A model generated the notes under the pieces. That model saw only the letters and a list, made by a program, of their open reading frames with translations, ran no database searches and was not told the DNA's origin. DNA of 64,000 bases, taken from NCBI GenBank assembly GCA_963787835.1, contig CAWBEI010000002.1, forward strand, positions 704,001-768,000. The letters are read 5' to 3'. The position numbers were made by a program, and so were the translations under genes. This DNA comes from Ignavibacteriota bacterium. GTDB lineage: Bacteria > Bacteroidota > Ignavibacteria > Palsa-1295. Of this stretch, positions 40,907 to 50,821 are shown one piece after another (positions within the stretch are counted from its first letter, which is position 1; each line of letters starts with the position of its first letter).

Positions 40907-41395
40907 CTAAATGTGGCAGGTTGCCAGCCCGCGCTTTTCGAGATACTGCTGATGATAGTCCTCCGCGATCCAAAAATCGGTGGCAGGAACGATCTGCGTC
41001 ACAATCGGCCGGCGAAAGCGCCCGGATTCCGTCAGGGATTGTTTTGATGCTTCGGCAAGGCGTTTCTGCTCGTCCGAATGATAGAAGATAACCGTCCGGT
41101 ATTGCGTACCGAAATCCGGCCCCTGTCGGTTCACCTGCGTTGGGTCGTGATTCTCCCAAAAAACTTTTAACAAATCCTCATACGACACCACCGAGGGGTC
41201 GTATTCTATTTCCACCACTTCGGCATGACCAGTACGGTCTGTGCAAACATCTTTATAGGTCGGATTTGTGGTATGCCCGCCTTCATAACCAACAGCCGTC
41301 GATCTCACGCCATGAATTTTTCGGAATTCGGCTTCGACACCCCAAAAGCATCCGGCCCCGAATGTAGCCTTTTCTAATGTAGCGATATGTTCCAT
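40907..41395 (-). CDS. msrA: Peptide-methionine (S)-S-oxide reductase
   Basis: [22 protein letters not shown] and AEDYHQQY motifs. Confidence 0.96.
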   Translation of the reverse strand: MEHIATLEKATFGAGCFWGVEAEFRKIHGVRSTAVGYEGGHTTNPTYKDVCTDRTGHAEVVEIEYDPSVVSYEDLLKVFWENHDPTQVNRQGPDFGTQYRTVIFYHSDEQKRLAEASKQSLTESGRFRRPIVTQIVPATDFWIAEDYHQQYLEKRGLATCHI

Positions 41396-41403
41396 GGTAT
41401 CTA

Positions 41404-41904
41404 TTACGGATCAACGCGCCAAATGTTAATTGTGATCACGCCGTTCTGCAGCTTTCCCAGTATCCATTGACGGTTACCCTTCATGTAGTCGATATACATC
41501 AGTGTAGAGGCTGTTGGAAGCCCGATCTCTTTCGAAATACTCGCAGCGACCTTCGCGAAATCATCCGTCGATGCATTCGTTCCGAGCTTGCGCGGGTAGG
41601 GAGCAGAAACCTCCGAACTGACCGACATGCCCGAATCGCCAACTACCACCGTGATCTTTGCTGGCATTCCTTCGAAAAGAAGGTGCGCAAAAACAAGTTG
41701 TGTGTGTGGTCTGGGATTGGGTGTGCTCTTACCAAGTGGCGAATTAACGGATCGTTGGCGGGTATCCAACGCGGAGCTTGCGTCCGAGATGAGAGACGAA
41801 TCGATCAAATGCTCCCTGCCAAAAAGCTCAATCGCTTCTTTCTGCGAAATCGGGCGAACCAGGTCGCTTATTGTAATAAGTTTGGGTTGCACTGAAATCT
41901 GCAA
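41404..41904 (-). CDS. Hypothetical protein (may start at 41977 if one base of the run at 41929-41934 is removed)
   Basis: 166-aa ORF co-oriented with msrA; no recognisable motif. Confidence 0.5.
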   Translation of the reverse strand: MQISVQPKLITISDLVRPISQKEAIELFGREHLIDSSLISDASSALDTRQRSVNSPLGKSTPNPRPHTQLVFAHLLFEGMPAKITVVVGDSGMSVSSEVSAPYPRKLGTNASTDDFAKVAASISKEIGLPTASTLMYIDYMKGNRQWILGKLQNGVITINIWRVDP

Positions 41905-42070
41905 TGCACCCCCTCCGTGTGGCCCGATAAAAAAGCCAAAACGCTGAGAAAAAAGCCATTCGTAACATCGTACTCATAGGCTGTTAAACATTTTGCAGGC
42001 TACTGGGTTCAAATCAATCCGCACGAGGAATGCGAATTAGAACAATGAGCATCAAAAATTCATAAAAGGC

Positions 42071-42170
42071 AAAAAAAATGGGCGAGGCGCGGTGCCAAGC
42101 CCATTCCTTTGTTCTTCGCTTGCTTTCCCCACTGCACGCATCGTCGCCGATGCTTCGCAGTAGTGAAACA
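42071..42170 (-). ncRNA. Candidate small RNA with GNRA-capped stem and intrinsic terminator
   Basis: Minus strand: CUACUGC..GCAUCG-GCGA-CGAUGC..GCAGUGG stem, then AUGGGC..GCCCAU hairpin followed by U-run. Confidence 0.45.
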
Positions 42171-42402
42171 CTTGTTTTATACCTGCTCGAGGTGCGAGGT
42201 ATCTAAAATTCTGAAATATCCTCAAAAACGATATATTTCAGAATGGGATCATGTCACTGCTTACATGAATCTAAAGTGTAACCCACGAATCGACGGTTCA
42301 TAACAAAGAATTTTTAAAAATCCAAATATTTCTTATGGAAAGAGTTTGGCGACGAAAAATCAATGAATTAATCCTGTCACAAACCGTTAGGTCTGGGGTT
42401 AC

Positions 42403-43218
42403 ATGTTTAAGAAACGTACTGAATTGAACGAATTCGCCATACCGGTTCCTGCCATCAGGACGCGGCGTGCGCCGGATGAGCGTATCAGGATCGAAGGAGC
42501 CCGCGAACAAGCTCCCTCATCTCGTGGCTCCGAGGCTCACCCAGCGCCGGCGATCGATCATGCAAGACCGTTTCAACTCAAGGAACCAGCCGCTGCGATC
42601 GCCTCCAAAAATGGAGTGTTTAGTAACAATGGTACGTCAGTAGCTAAACGAACAAAGGAAGAGCTTGCAAAGCTTGAAGACAGTGAGCTGCTAACCCTGT
42701 TTCAATCCGGTGACGAGCGGGCATTCTACACACTCTTCGAGCGCCGCCAAAAAGAGATCTATACGCATTGCTTTCGGATGTGCTCGCGGGATGCCGAAAA
42801 AGCCAACGATGCGTTTCAGGATACGTTCGTAAAAGTTTTTACACGAAAGGCGCTTTTTACAGACGCAACGAACGGGCGGGCCTGGCTCTACCGCATAGCG
42901 ACGAACACCTGTTTGAACTATCTTCGGTACGATAAGCGGCATCCGCGCGAAGCGCTCGATGAAAATCTGAACTCACAGGATCCGCAAATGCAGCCGGATT
43001 TTGGCACCGAACAGGAATCGCTGAAAAACTCGCTGGAAGCGGCGATCGCCGAACTGCCGATCGAACTACGAGAGCCATTTTTGCTCCGGGAGATCGATGA
43101 GTTCAGTTATGAGGATGCAGCGGCTCAACTTGGGATCACGGTTCCCGCCTGCCGTCAGCGCGTGTATCGCGCGAAGCAGTTATTACGCGAAGCTTTGGAA
43201 GATGTCGTGAAGGAATAA
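42403..43218 (+). CDS. ECF sigma-70 factor with N-terminal extension
   Basis: GDERAF, DAFQDTF, AWLYRIATN, LPIELREPFLLR, SYEDAA and RAKQLLR motifs. Confidence 0.92.
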   Translation: MFKKRTELNEFAIPVPAIRTRRAPDERIRIEGAREQAPSSRGSEAHPAPAIDHARPFQLKEPAAAIASKNGVFSNNGTSVAKRTKEELAKLEDSELLTLFQSGDERAFYTLFERRQKEIYTHCFRMCSRDAEKANDAFQDTFVKVFTRKALFTDATNGRAWLYRIATNTCLNYLRYDKRHPREALDENLNSQDPQMQPDFGTEQESLKNSLEAAIAELPIELREPFLLREIDEFSYEDAAAQLGITVPACRQRVYRAKQLLREALEDVVKE

Positions 43219-43261
43219 ACGCTGAAGCAAACGCCTATAAAGTTTTATCAGGAATACAAAA

Positions 43262-44629
43262 ATGCAATACGAAGAAAAATCGAATTTAGATGATCGCTCT
43301 GGATTAGAACAGAGGATCATCGCGCATTTCGATGGTTCGCTGAACTCTCAGTCATCGAAAGCACTGCTCGATGAAGTGATGGCGAGCCCGGAGAAGCGCG
43401 CGCTCTTTCGCGCCCACGAGACGCTTAATAGCGTCATCGCGGCCGCACGCGTTCCCATGGAAGCGCCCCTCGAAACCCGGCGCGAGATCGCCGACCGTAT
43501 TCCCGGCCTCATCGCGTTCATTCCCGGTCTTTTAGGAACGGCCGAGACCATGCCGATCCTCCAGCAGGCTACCAATCCGTTCATTTCGTTCTTTGCTCGG
43601 ATGTCACTTCAGACGGCAGTTTCTATCGGCGCTGCGGTTGCCCTGCTGACCACGGCTGGAATCGTCGTTAAGAACAATCTCGATAATAGCAGCCCGCCCA
43701 CACCGAAGATCGCGACCATTCAGCAGGCATCGCCAGCAACATCTCAGCCATCAACGAATTATGCGTTAGGGAACTCTGCGATGAGCGCCACAACTCCGAG
43801 CGCCGCCGTTAGCAATAGTTTGAAGCGTAATTCTGCAAATATTGCTTCGAACACTGTTGCTACTAAACTGAACGTTTCAGAAGCTGTTTCGCAAGACAAT
43901 GTGAATGCTTCGCAGAGCATAGCACCATCCAAGTCAATCGCGAATGCCGCAACGAACAACAGCGACCACCTTCTGGTAAGCAATGCATTCGATTCCCCGA
44001 GATCCACTGCTGCAATCGCTGAGAACATACCTGTGACGCACGCAGGGATCCTCATGCCAACGCCCTATGAAGTGGGCGAAGGAATCACCGTTCGACCGTA
44101 CGCATCGTATGGTTCACGCATGCTTCAGCTTCCAGGCATCGATGCCCCCGGCAAGAGTGCATTCGTATCGAACTCCGTGCTCGGCGTCGAATTCGAAATT
44201 GGAGACCGTTATGCGTTCCGTGTGCAAGGCGGACAAACCGGCTTTGCGCAGTTCGCATACGTGAAGACCTCGCGATCCTTCGCTGGGTTCCCGATCTATG
44301 GCTCTGCGATGTCCACACAGACCGCAGATTGGGCAACCGCCGGAATATCGTATTCCTTTGTTCTGACCCAATCATTCCCACTCATTCTAAGTGCGGATGC
44401 CGGGGCAGTCTTTACGAACACGACAGGCCTGATGGCGATCTTTGGAGCATCCACAGAAATTCCCCTTACCGGGCAGTTAGTAGTGCGGCCAACCTTAACG
44501 TACGACCTGGTTGGAACTTCCCTCTCCTCGCCAACGGTAACGAACGCTATTTATACCAATCCGATCACGCAGACCTCGATGCTCACCGGCGCGTTAGGAT
44601 TCCAGATCAATATACTGTTCCGTCCGTAA
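43262..44629 (+). CDS. Anti-sigma factor with TM helix, disordered linker and C-terminal beta-barrel-like domain
   Basis: IIAHFDGSL anti-sigma-like N-terminus; TM AVSIGAAVALLTTAGIVV; S/A/N-rich linker; amphipathic strands ending GFQINILFRP. Confidence 0.7.
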   Translation: MQYEEKSNLDDRSGLEQRIIAHFDGSLNSQSSKALLDEVMASPEKRALFRAHETLNSVIAAARVPMEAPLETRREIADRIPGLIAFIPGLLGTAETMPILQQATNPFISFFARMSLQTAVSIGAAVALLTTAGIVVKNNLDNSSPPTPKIATIQQASPATSQPSTNYALGNSAMSATTPSAAVSNSLKRNSANIASNTVATKLNVSEAVSQDNVNASQSIAPSKSIANAATNNSDHLLVSNAFDSPRSTAAIAENIPVTHAGILMPTPYEVGEGITVRPYASYGSRMLQLPGIDAPGKSAFVSNSVLGVEFEIGDRYAFRVQGGQTGFAQFAYVKTSRSFAGFPIYGSAMSTQTADWATAGISYSFVLTQSFPLILSADAGAVFTNTTGLMAIFGASTEIPLTGQLVVRPTLTYDLVGTSLSSPTVTNAIYTNPITQTSMLTGALGFQINILFRP

Positions 44630-46150
44630 ATGCGCAAGCTGATCTACATATCGCTCATTGCGTTGGCTGGGTGTACGACCGAGCTTACGGGGCCACAGGC
44701 GCCGACCGGTGTCACTGGCTCCGATATGGCTGATTATTTCTGGCATGATAGTACGTATCACTATCAGTCTTCCACCGGACTTCAAACCATTCAGGTGCAG
44801 GCCAATGGAACGATTGTCGATTATAATCCGGCTGTTGGACAGAATACGTTCTTTTCAACGACGAAATCCAATGGCGCTTTTTCGTTGAGCGGATTTTCGC
44901 CGTCTGATATTTTTGGCCTGGATCCGTCACTTCAGGTGGTGCCCGATACGATCTTCGGTAACCCTTGGACGGAGACGATTCGCTCGATCGCAGCGGTTAA
45001 TTCAGAAAGCGGCAGTTACTTGTTCGCTGCTTCTGATTCGGTTCTGTATCAGGTTACGTTGCAGCCCATCAATAGCCTTGTCCGTCTGAGTGTGCTGCCC
45101 GTGAGAGGTCTGACGCTCGTACAAGATGTAACAGGAAATGGCCTCTACGCCTATCAAAAAGGTGGTGACACCATCCTCTGGACTGACGATGGCTATAACT
45201 GGTTGGCATTCACAGCACCAACTGCGGGAATTACAGCGTTCGCTTCTTCGAGTCCCACGATCAACGATGGCGATGATCTGTTCTGGGTGGCGTGTGGTGC
45301 AAACCTGTATCAATTCTCCAGCATCTCCAAAGCACTCACTGCCGTTACCTCCTGCCCGCTGACGAACATTGTAGCTTTGGAAGCCAATCGTAACGGCGTG
45401 ATCGCCGGAGGAGACAACGGTCAGATCTACGAAGTCAGCTATTATGGCTCCTCTACGTTGCAAGCAACGGTTCCCGGAACGCTCGATGGGATCGCCGCAA
45501 AGTTTGCTTCTACTTCGAGCGGGGTCTATGATTTTACGAACGCATCCGCTACGGTGCTTTCGGGTAACTATTCGACCATCTATTCCACGGGCGTAAGTAT
45601 CTTTGCTGCTCAAAGCGGCGGCGCTGTAGATCATTTCGCACTGTTCGGCGCTCCGAACGACGTTGTTCTACCGGCGCCAAATGGCAGTAACGTCGTTACC
45701 CAATTTGCTTTACCCTCTCAAGGTCCATACGATCCAAACAGCGGAGTTTTTGCCCTGGCTGGCACGCAAGTGTATTACCGTCAAAATGCGACGACGTGGG
45801 TACCCGTCAATCAGACCGTTGTACCACCCCCCGCTCTGAAACCTGGTTCCCTGACGCTGCTTGATTCCAATAGCTCCTGGATCGCCGGGTATATTGAGCG
45901 AAACAACATGGGTGGTCCACAGCATAGCTATACCTATTATGCTACGAGTTCCGGACCGGTAGCTCAGGTAAAGTTCGGCGGAGCGACGTATAACAATGTG
46001 CTGCTTGTTAATTATGTAGCGAAATTAAATGGCATGACGGATTCGGATGATGTCCCTCAATATAATATCTATTTCGAAAAGGGCTTAGGCCCTGTCGTGA
46101 TCCAGCGATCTGAAAATGGGAGTGTAACAACAACCACGCTCGTGAAGTAG
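44630..46150 (+). CDS. Beta-rich (propeller-like) lipoprotein
   Basis: LAGC lipobox; starts immediately after the anti-sigma stop; C-terminal YFEKGLGPV motif. Confidence 0.7.
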   Translation: MRKLIYISLIALAGCTTELTGPQAPTGVTGSDMADYFWHDSTYHYQSSTGLQTIQVQANGTIVDYNPAVGQNTFFSTTKSNGAFSLSGFSPSDIFGLDPSLQVVPDTIFGNPWTETIRSIAAVNSESGSYLFAASDSVLYQVTLQPINSLVRLSVLPVRGLTLVQDVTGNGLYAYQKGGDTILWTDDGYNWLAFTAPTAGITAFASSSPTINDGDDLFWVACGANLYQFSSISKALTAVTSCPLTNIVALEANRNGVIAGGDNGQIYEVSYYGSSTLQATVPGTLDGIAAKFASTSSGVYDFTNASATVLSGNYSTIYSTGVSIFAAQSGGAVDHFALFGAPNDVVLPAPNGSNVVTQFALPSQGPYDPNSGVFALAGTQVYYRQNATTWVPVNQTVVPPPALKPGSLTLLDSNSSWIAGYIERNNMGGPQHSYTYYATSSGPVAQVKFGGATYNNVLLVNYVAKLNGMTDSDDVPQYNIYFEKGLGPVVIQRSENGSVTTTTLVK

Positions 46151-46254
46151 CCTTTCCCTCTTCGAAGGCCGGATTCTGTTGAGACTAAAATAGGTCAGGA
46201 AGCGTTTATATCACTTCGTTCATAACTCTTCCAATTGATTCTGACTATCTAACT

Positions 46255-47418
46255 ATGCAGATCGCCGACCGCATCAACCGTCTTGGTACTGAAACCTCTT
46301 TTGTCGTATTAGCCCGCGCCCGTGAGCTGGAAGCTCAGGGCAAGGACATCGTCCATCTCGAAATTGGCGAACCCGATTTCGATACCGCACCCAATATTAT
46401 CGCAGGCGCAAAAAAGGCGCTCGATGATGGCTTCACCCACTACGGCCCGGCACCGGGTCTGCCACAGTTTCGCAAGTGTATTGCGGAGGTCGAAGGCGCT
46501 CGCCGAGGTTTAGAATTCAAGCCGGATATGGTCGTGGTTACCCCCGGTGCGAAACCGATCATGTATTACGCCATTATGGCGATCGTTAATCCCGGCGATG
46601 AAGTGATCTATCCGAATCCTGGATTCCCGATCTACGAAAGCGCCATCGAACTTGCTGGCGGCACCGCGATACCGCTTCCGCTCACCGAAGAAACTGGATT
46701 CAGCTTTTCCATCGAGGATCTTCGCTCGCGCATTACGCCGAAGACGAAGATGCTCGTCATCAATTCCCCGCAAAATCCGACGGGCGGAATTCTTACGCAA
46801 GACGATCTCAAACAAATTGCCGAGCTTGCCGTGAAGCATGACTTCTGGGTGCTTGCCGATGAAATTTATGGCCGCATCGTCTATGATGGTTTTAAGAATT
46901 ACACCATTGCGAGCTACCCCGGCATGATGGATCGTACCATTATTCTCGATGGCTTTTCAAAAACGTACGCGATGACCGGCTGGCGATTAGGTTATGGCAT
47001 TATGCCGAAGGAGTTAGCTGAAGTCGTCTCAAAGTTGCAGACGAACGTTGCAAGCTGCACCGCAAGCTTTATTCAGATCGCTGGGATTGAGGCGCTGACC
47101 GGTCCGCAAAAATGGGTCGATGATGTGGTCGAGGAATTCAAACGCCGCCGCGATCTTATCGTCGATGGTATGAATTCCCTTCCCGGATTTAGCTGCCACA
47201 AGCCGCTCGGTGCATTCTATGTGTTCCCCAATGTAACCGGCACTGGCATGGAGTGTCGAACACTTGCGAACCGTCTTCTGACGGAGGCTGGCGTGGCCTG
47301 TCTCTCCGGTGCGATGTTCGGCGAGTATGGTGAGGGCTATCTACGCTTTTCCTATGCCAACTCGATACCCAACATCGAAAAGGCGATAGAGCGCATCCGG
47401 AAATTCCTGGGAACCTGA
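46255..47418 (+). CDS. PLP-dependent aminotransferase class I/II (AspC-like)
   Basis: GEPDF, NSPQNPTG, DEIY and SKTYAMTGWRLG motifs. Confidence 0.93.
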   Translation: MQIADRINRLGTETSFVVLARARELEAQGKDIVHLEIGEPDFDTAPNIIAGAKKALDDGFTHYGPAPGLPQFRKCIAEVEGARRGLEFKPDMVVVTPGAKPIMYYAIMAIVNPGDEVIYPNPGFPIYESAIELAGGTAIPLPLTEETGFSFSIEDLRSRITPKTKMLVINSPQNPTGGILTQDDLKQIAELAVKHDFWVLADEIYGRIVYDGFKNYTIASYPGMMDRTIILDGFSKTYAMTGWRLGYGIMPKELAEVVSKLQTNVASCTASFIQIAGIEALTGPQKWVDDVVEEFKRRRDLIVDGMNSLPGFSCHKPLGAFYVFPNVTGTGMECRTLANRLLTEAGVACLSGAMFGEYGEGYLRFSYANSIPNIEKAIERIRKFLGT

Positions 47419-47438
47419 ACCTGGATTACGCGGATTGG

Positions 47439-50400
47439 ATGGATTACGCGGATTTATTCCAAACTGTCATTCCCGCGAACGCGGGAATCCAGTCCCTTGC
47501 CCTACGTGCGATACGTCTTTCCACCCTTCTCTTCTTACTTCTTACCTCTTACTTCGTACCTTCCGCAAAGGCCTATTGGCAGCAGCATGTCTCTTATGAC
47601 ATCCACGCCACACTGATCGATTCCATCCACACATTGGATGGATCGCTCTCGGTCGTCTATACGAATAATTCGCCGGACACGCTGCGGGAAGTATTCTTCC
47701 ACCTCTACGCCAATGCCTTCCAGCCCGGCAGCATGATGGATGAACGCGCCCTTGTGGTCCACACCGCGCCAGTCTATGACCGCATTCATAAACTTCCGGA
47801 ATCCGAATGGGGAAAATATTGGATCAATTCGGTTACTGCCGATCAGCAAAATGCCACGTTCGAAATAACTGGCACGATCATGCGTGTCGCGCTGGCTGAA
47901 CCACTCGCCCCGGGTGCATCCACTACGATCGCCATGCCCTTTCGCGAACAAATTCCCAGGCAGATTCGCCGAAGTGGATGGATGTCCGCTGAAGATGTAG
48001 AATATTCTATGTCGCAATGGTATCCAAAAGTGTGCGAATACGATTTCGAAGGCTGGCACCATCAGGAATATATTTCGAGAGAGTTCTATGGCGTCTGGGG
48101 TGATTTTGATATGGAACTCACCGTGCCCTCTCGTCTCATTGTCGGGGCAACAGGAACGTGCATGAATCCTTCCGAAGTCGGACACGGCTACGAACGGATT
48201 GCGGCCGGCGAAAAAGAGGGACTCGTTCAACCCAACCCCAATCTTCAGGGAATGACGACATGGAAGTTCCACGCATCGACCGTCCATGATTTTGCATGGG
48301 TCGCTGATCCTCAGTACGTTCATGAGTGGACGACGTGGCAGGATTCTATCACCGTTCACGCCATATACAAACGATGGGTACAGCGATGGTGGCAAAAGAG
48401 CGCGCTCGCCTATTCCATCCACGCACTCTCCACCTACAGCGAGCTTTACGGCCCTTACGCCTACCGGAATTTTTCTTGCACGATGGCCGGCGATGGCGGC
48501 ATGGAATATCCGCAGCTCATTATGATCACGGGATACCGCCCAGCGCCGATTTCGCTCGCCGGGGTCATCGCACATGAGGTGGGACACCAATGGTTCTATG
48601 GCATGCTCGGCTCCAACGAAACGCGGGAAGCATTCATGGATGAAGGATTTACCAGCTACGTCACCACCATCGCCATGAATCGGCTGTTTGGCGATTCGCA
48701 GGAGTATCCCGGCCAAAAACATTCCTGGCTTGATTGGTTTATCCCCACCTTTAGTAATAAGCGCGATAATTATCGCGGCTATCAGCAAATAGCTTCCCGG
48801 GGTTACGAAGAACCCCTCGATATTCCGCACGATTGGTTCCGTGAGGACGCAACGGCAGGACAGGTCTATGGCAAAACACAAGCGATCCTCTCCATGCTGC
48901 AATACACCCTCGGCGATTCCACGTTCGCGGCTGGAATGAAAAACTATTACTGGGAGTGGCGCTTCAAGCATCCGCATCTCACCGATTTCAAGAACGTGAT
49001 GGAAAAAACCGCGCACACTGATCTTACATGGTTTTTCGATGAGTGGTTCAAGACAACGCGGACGGTGGATTATGCGGCGGATGGAGTCGAATCTTCCTCC
49101 TCCTTAAGAAGGAGGGGGCCACGGGGGTGGTCTTGATTCAGAGAAGGGACCACCCCCAACCCCCTCCTTCTTAAGGAGGGGGAGTATGTTACTACCGTTA
49201 CACTCCACAATAATCAGCTTGCTGTTATGCCGCTCGATCTGCTCCTGCATTACAACGATGGCACATCCGACGCCGCGACCATTCCGCTTGCAGTAAATAA
49301 AGATCTCGATTATCACAAAGATGGCGTCAGCCTGTTCTTCCCAAGCTGGGATTGGACCGCACCACAATATACCGGTTCCCTCATCACGCCAAAACCCGTT
49401 TCCTGGTTTGAGATCGACACCTCCTGGCGCTTGCAGGATCTGAATTGGCTGAATAATTACAGTACGCTTTTACCACCGGGCGAATGGGTTTTGTGGAAAC
49501 AGCTTTTTCTCAATCCGCCAATTGATAAATATTATGCCGTAGTGCGGCCAATTGTGTGGCCAGATTATTATTCGTTATGGGATGTTGGGGCTGGAATTAA
49601 ATATGGAATGAACAATAGTTTTACAGGGGATTTGAAATTGATGTACACCGGCTATACGGTTGCTGGACCGGACAATGCCGTTCCATGGTATGATGACGTT
49701 GATGCCGCGCTTTTATTCAAGGCTCCTGTTGACTGGCTTGGAAGGCTTTCAGCCTTTGATATTGATGCAGAAAAACTGTACGGTATTTCCACGATCCGAG
49801 CGGAAATCACAAAAACATTCCGGCCAGAATTCTGGCGGCTTGGTGGTTTGCAATCTGCTTCGTTCTATGTCGAAGATCAGCAACTTGTGGATAATAAGGA
49901 ATTTTATCCGGTCTGGCATTCTGGATGGGGCGAACGATCTTTTTTTGATGGAGAAGTTGGAATTATCGTCCCCTATGGAATGCATACTCAAGTTTCCGGA
50001 CTCAAATATTCCATCGCAAGCGAGGGCGGCGAAACGCATTTCGATATGTTCGGCGAATCTAGCATTCTCAATTCCGATGCTACATTCTCGCGCGCGGAGG
50101 CTACGTTTAACAGTACTCTGACCCTCCAGAAAGATATGAGCGCCCATATCAGGCTTGCCGCCGGCATCGCAAGTTCCGGCACGCCTTATCAACGCGAGTT
50201 CTGGCTCGACCGCGCCGATAATTACGAAGAGCAGAATAATGGTTTTTATCGAGCTGTCTCCAGTATCAGCGAACCGTTTAGCCAGAATACTTCCATGTTC
50301 ATCAATGGCGGCGCTGGCGTTCGCGGGTACAATGCAGGAAATGCCGCAGAAAATATTTATGGCGATCAAATGGCGGGAGCCAGTGTAGATCTCAATCTTC

Positions 50401-50678
50401 CCAATCCCCTTTCGACGATTTCGGGATTTTCGGCAATCACCCCCGGTATATTTCTGGATGCCGGATGGATCGAAAACGATTCACTTCGTGGCGACGCCGG
50501 AATTAAATTCGATGTAAATATTCTTTCTTGGCTTCCTAATCAACTGCGCGGCGTAGCAGAAGAATACGATAAAATTCCTACCATGGCTGTGAATTTCCCA
50601 TTATACGAAAACCTTCCGCTCGATGGCAAAGCAAATTTCGCATTCAGGTGGGCTGTTTCAATTGGTGCAGCCTTTTGA
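47439..50678 (+). CDS. M1 aminopeptidase fused to Omp85-like barrel, interrupted by in-frame TGA (49134-49136)
   Basis: ORFs 47439-49136 and 49227-50678 share one frame; GGMEYP and HEVGHQW...DEG motifs; C-terminal GVRGY, FLDAG; ends GAAF. Confidence 0.8.
47466..47491. repeat. dRS3/RPE-like palindrome GTCATTCCCGCGAACGCGGGAATCCA
   Basis: ATTCCC-N8-GGGAAT at 47469-47488, translated as VIPANAGIQ. Confidence 0.75.
49094..49184. repeat. Intragenic paired REP-like palindrome (CCTCCTT/AAGGAGG family)
   Basis: CCTCCTTAAGAAGGAGGGGG..GGGGGTGGTC / GACCACCCCC..CCCCCTCCTTCTTAAGGAGG; the TGA lies in the central loop. Confidence 0.9.
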
Positions 50679-50699
50679 TAATCATGGATTTATTATTAC

Positions 50700-50801
50700 G
50701 TCATTGCGAGGAGTCCCGGAGGGACGACGAAGCAATCTGTTGAGATTTACCTGTAATGCATGGGATTGCTTCGTCACCCCTTCGGGGTTCCTCGCAATGA
50801 C
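50700..50801. repeat. Paired inverted REP/RPE-like element (GTCATTGCGAG family)
   Basis: Same termini and GACGAAGCAATC/GATTGCTTCGTC cores as 29804-29929. Confidence 0.85.
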
Positions 50802-50821
50802 ATTATTCATAAATATCGACT

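Noticed and set aside
41904-41977. Fourth frameshift restoring a signal peptide to the hypothetical gene
   Set aside because: Plausible by removing one base of the 41929-41934 run, but no homology evidence is available, so it is only noted
47535-49016. 493-aa antisense ORF and similar long shadow ORFs (e.g. 24804-25571, 28651-29424, 36666-37397, 51494-52225)
   Set aside because: They lie opposite well-supported genes and lack motifs; expected from codon bias
49134-49184. Selenocysteine recoding of the in-frame TGA
   Set aside because: The position is not a conserved Cys site, lies inside a repeat insertion, and the downstream hairpin starts about 24 nt away and is a REP arm rather than a bacterial SECIS
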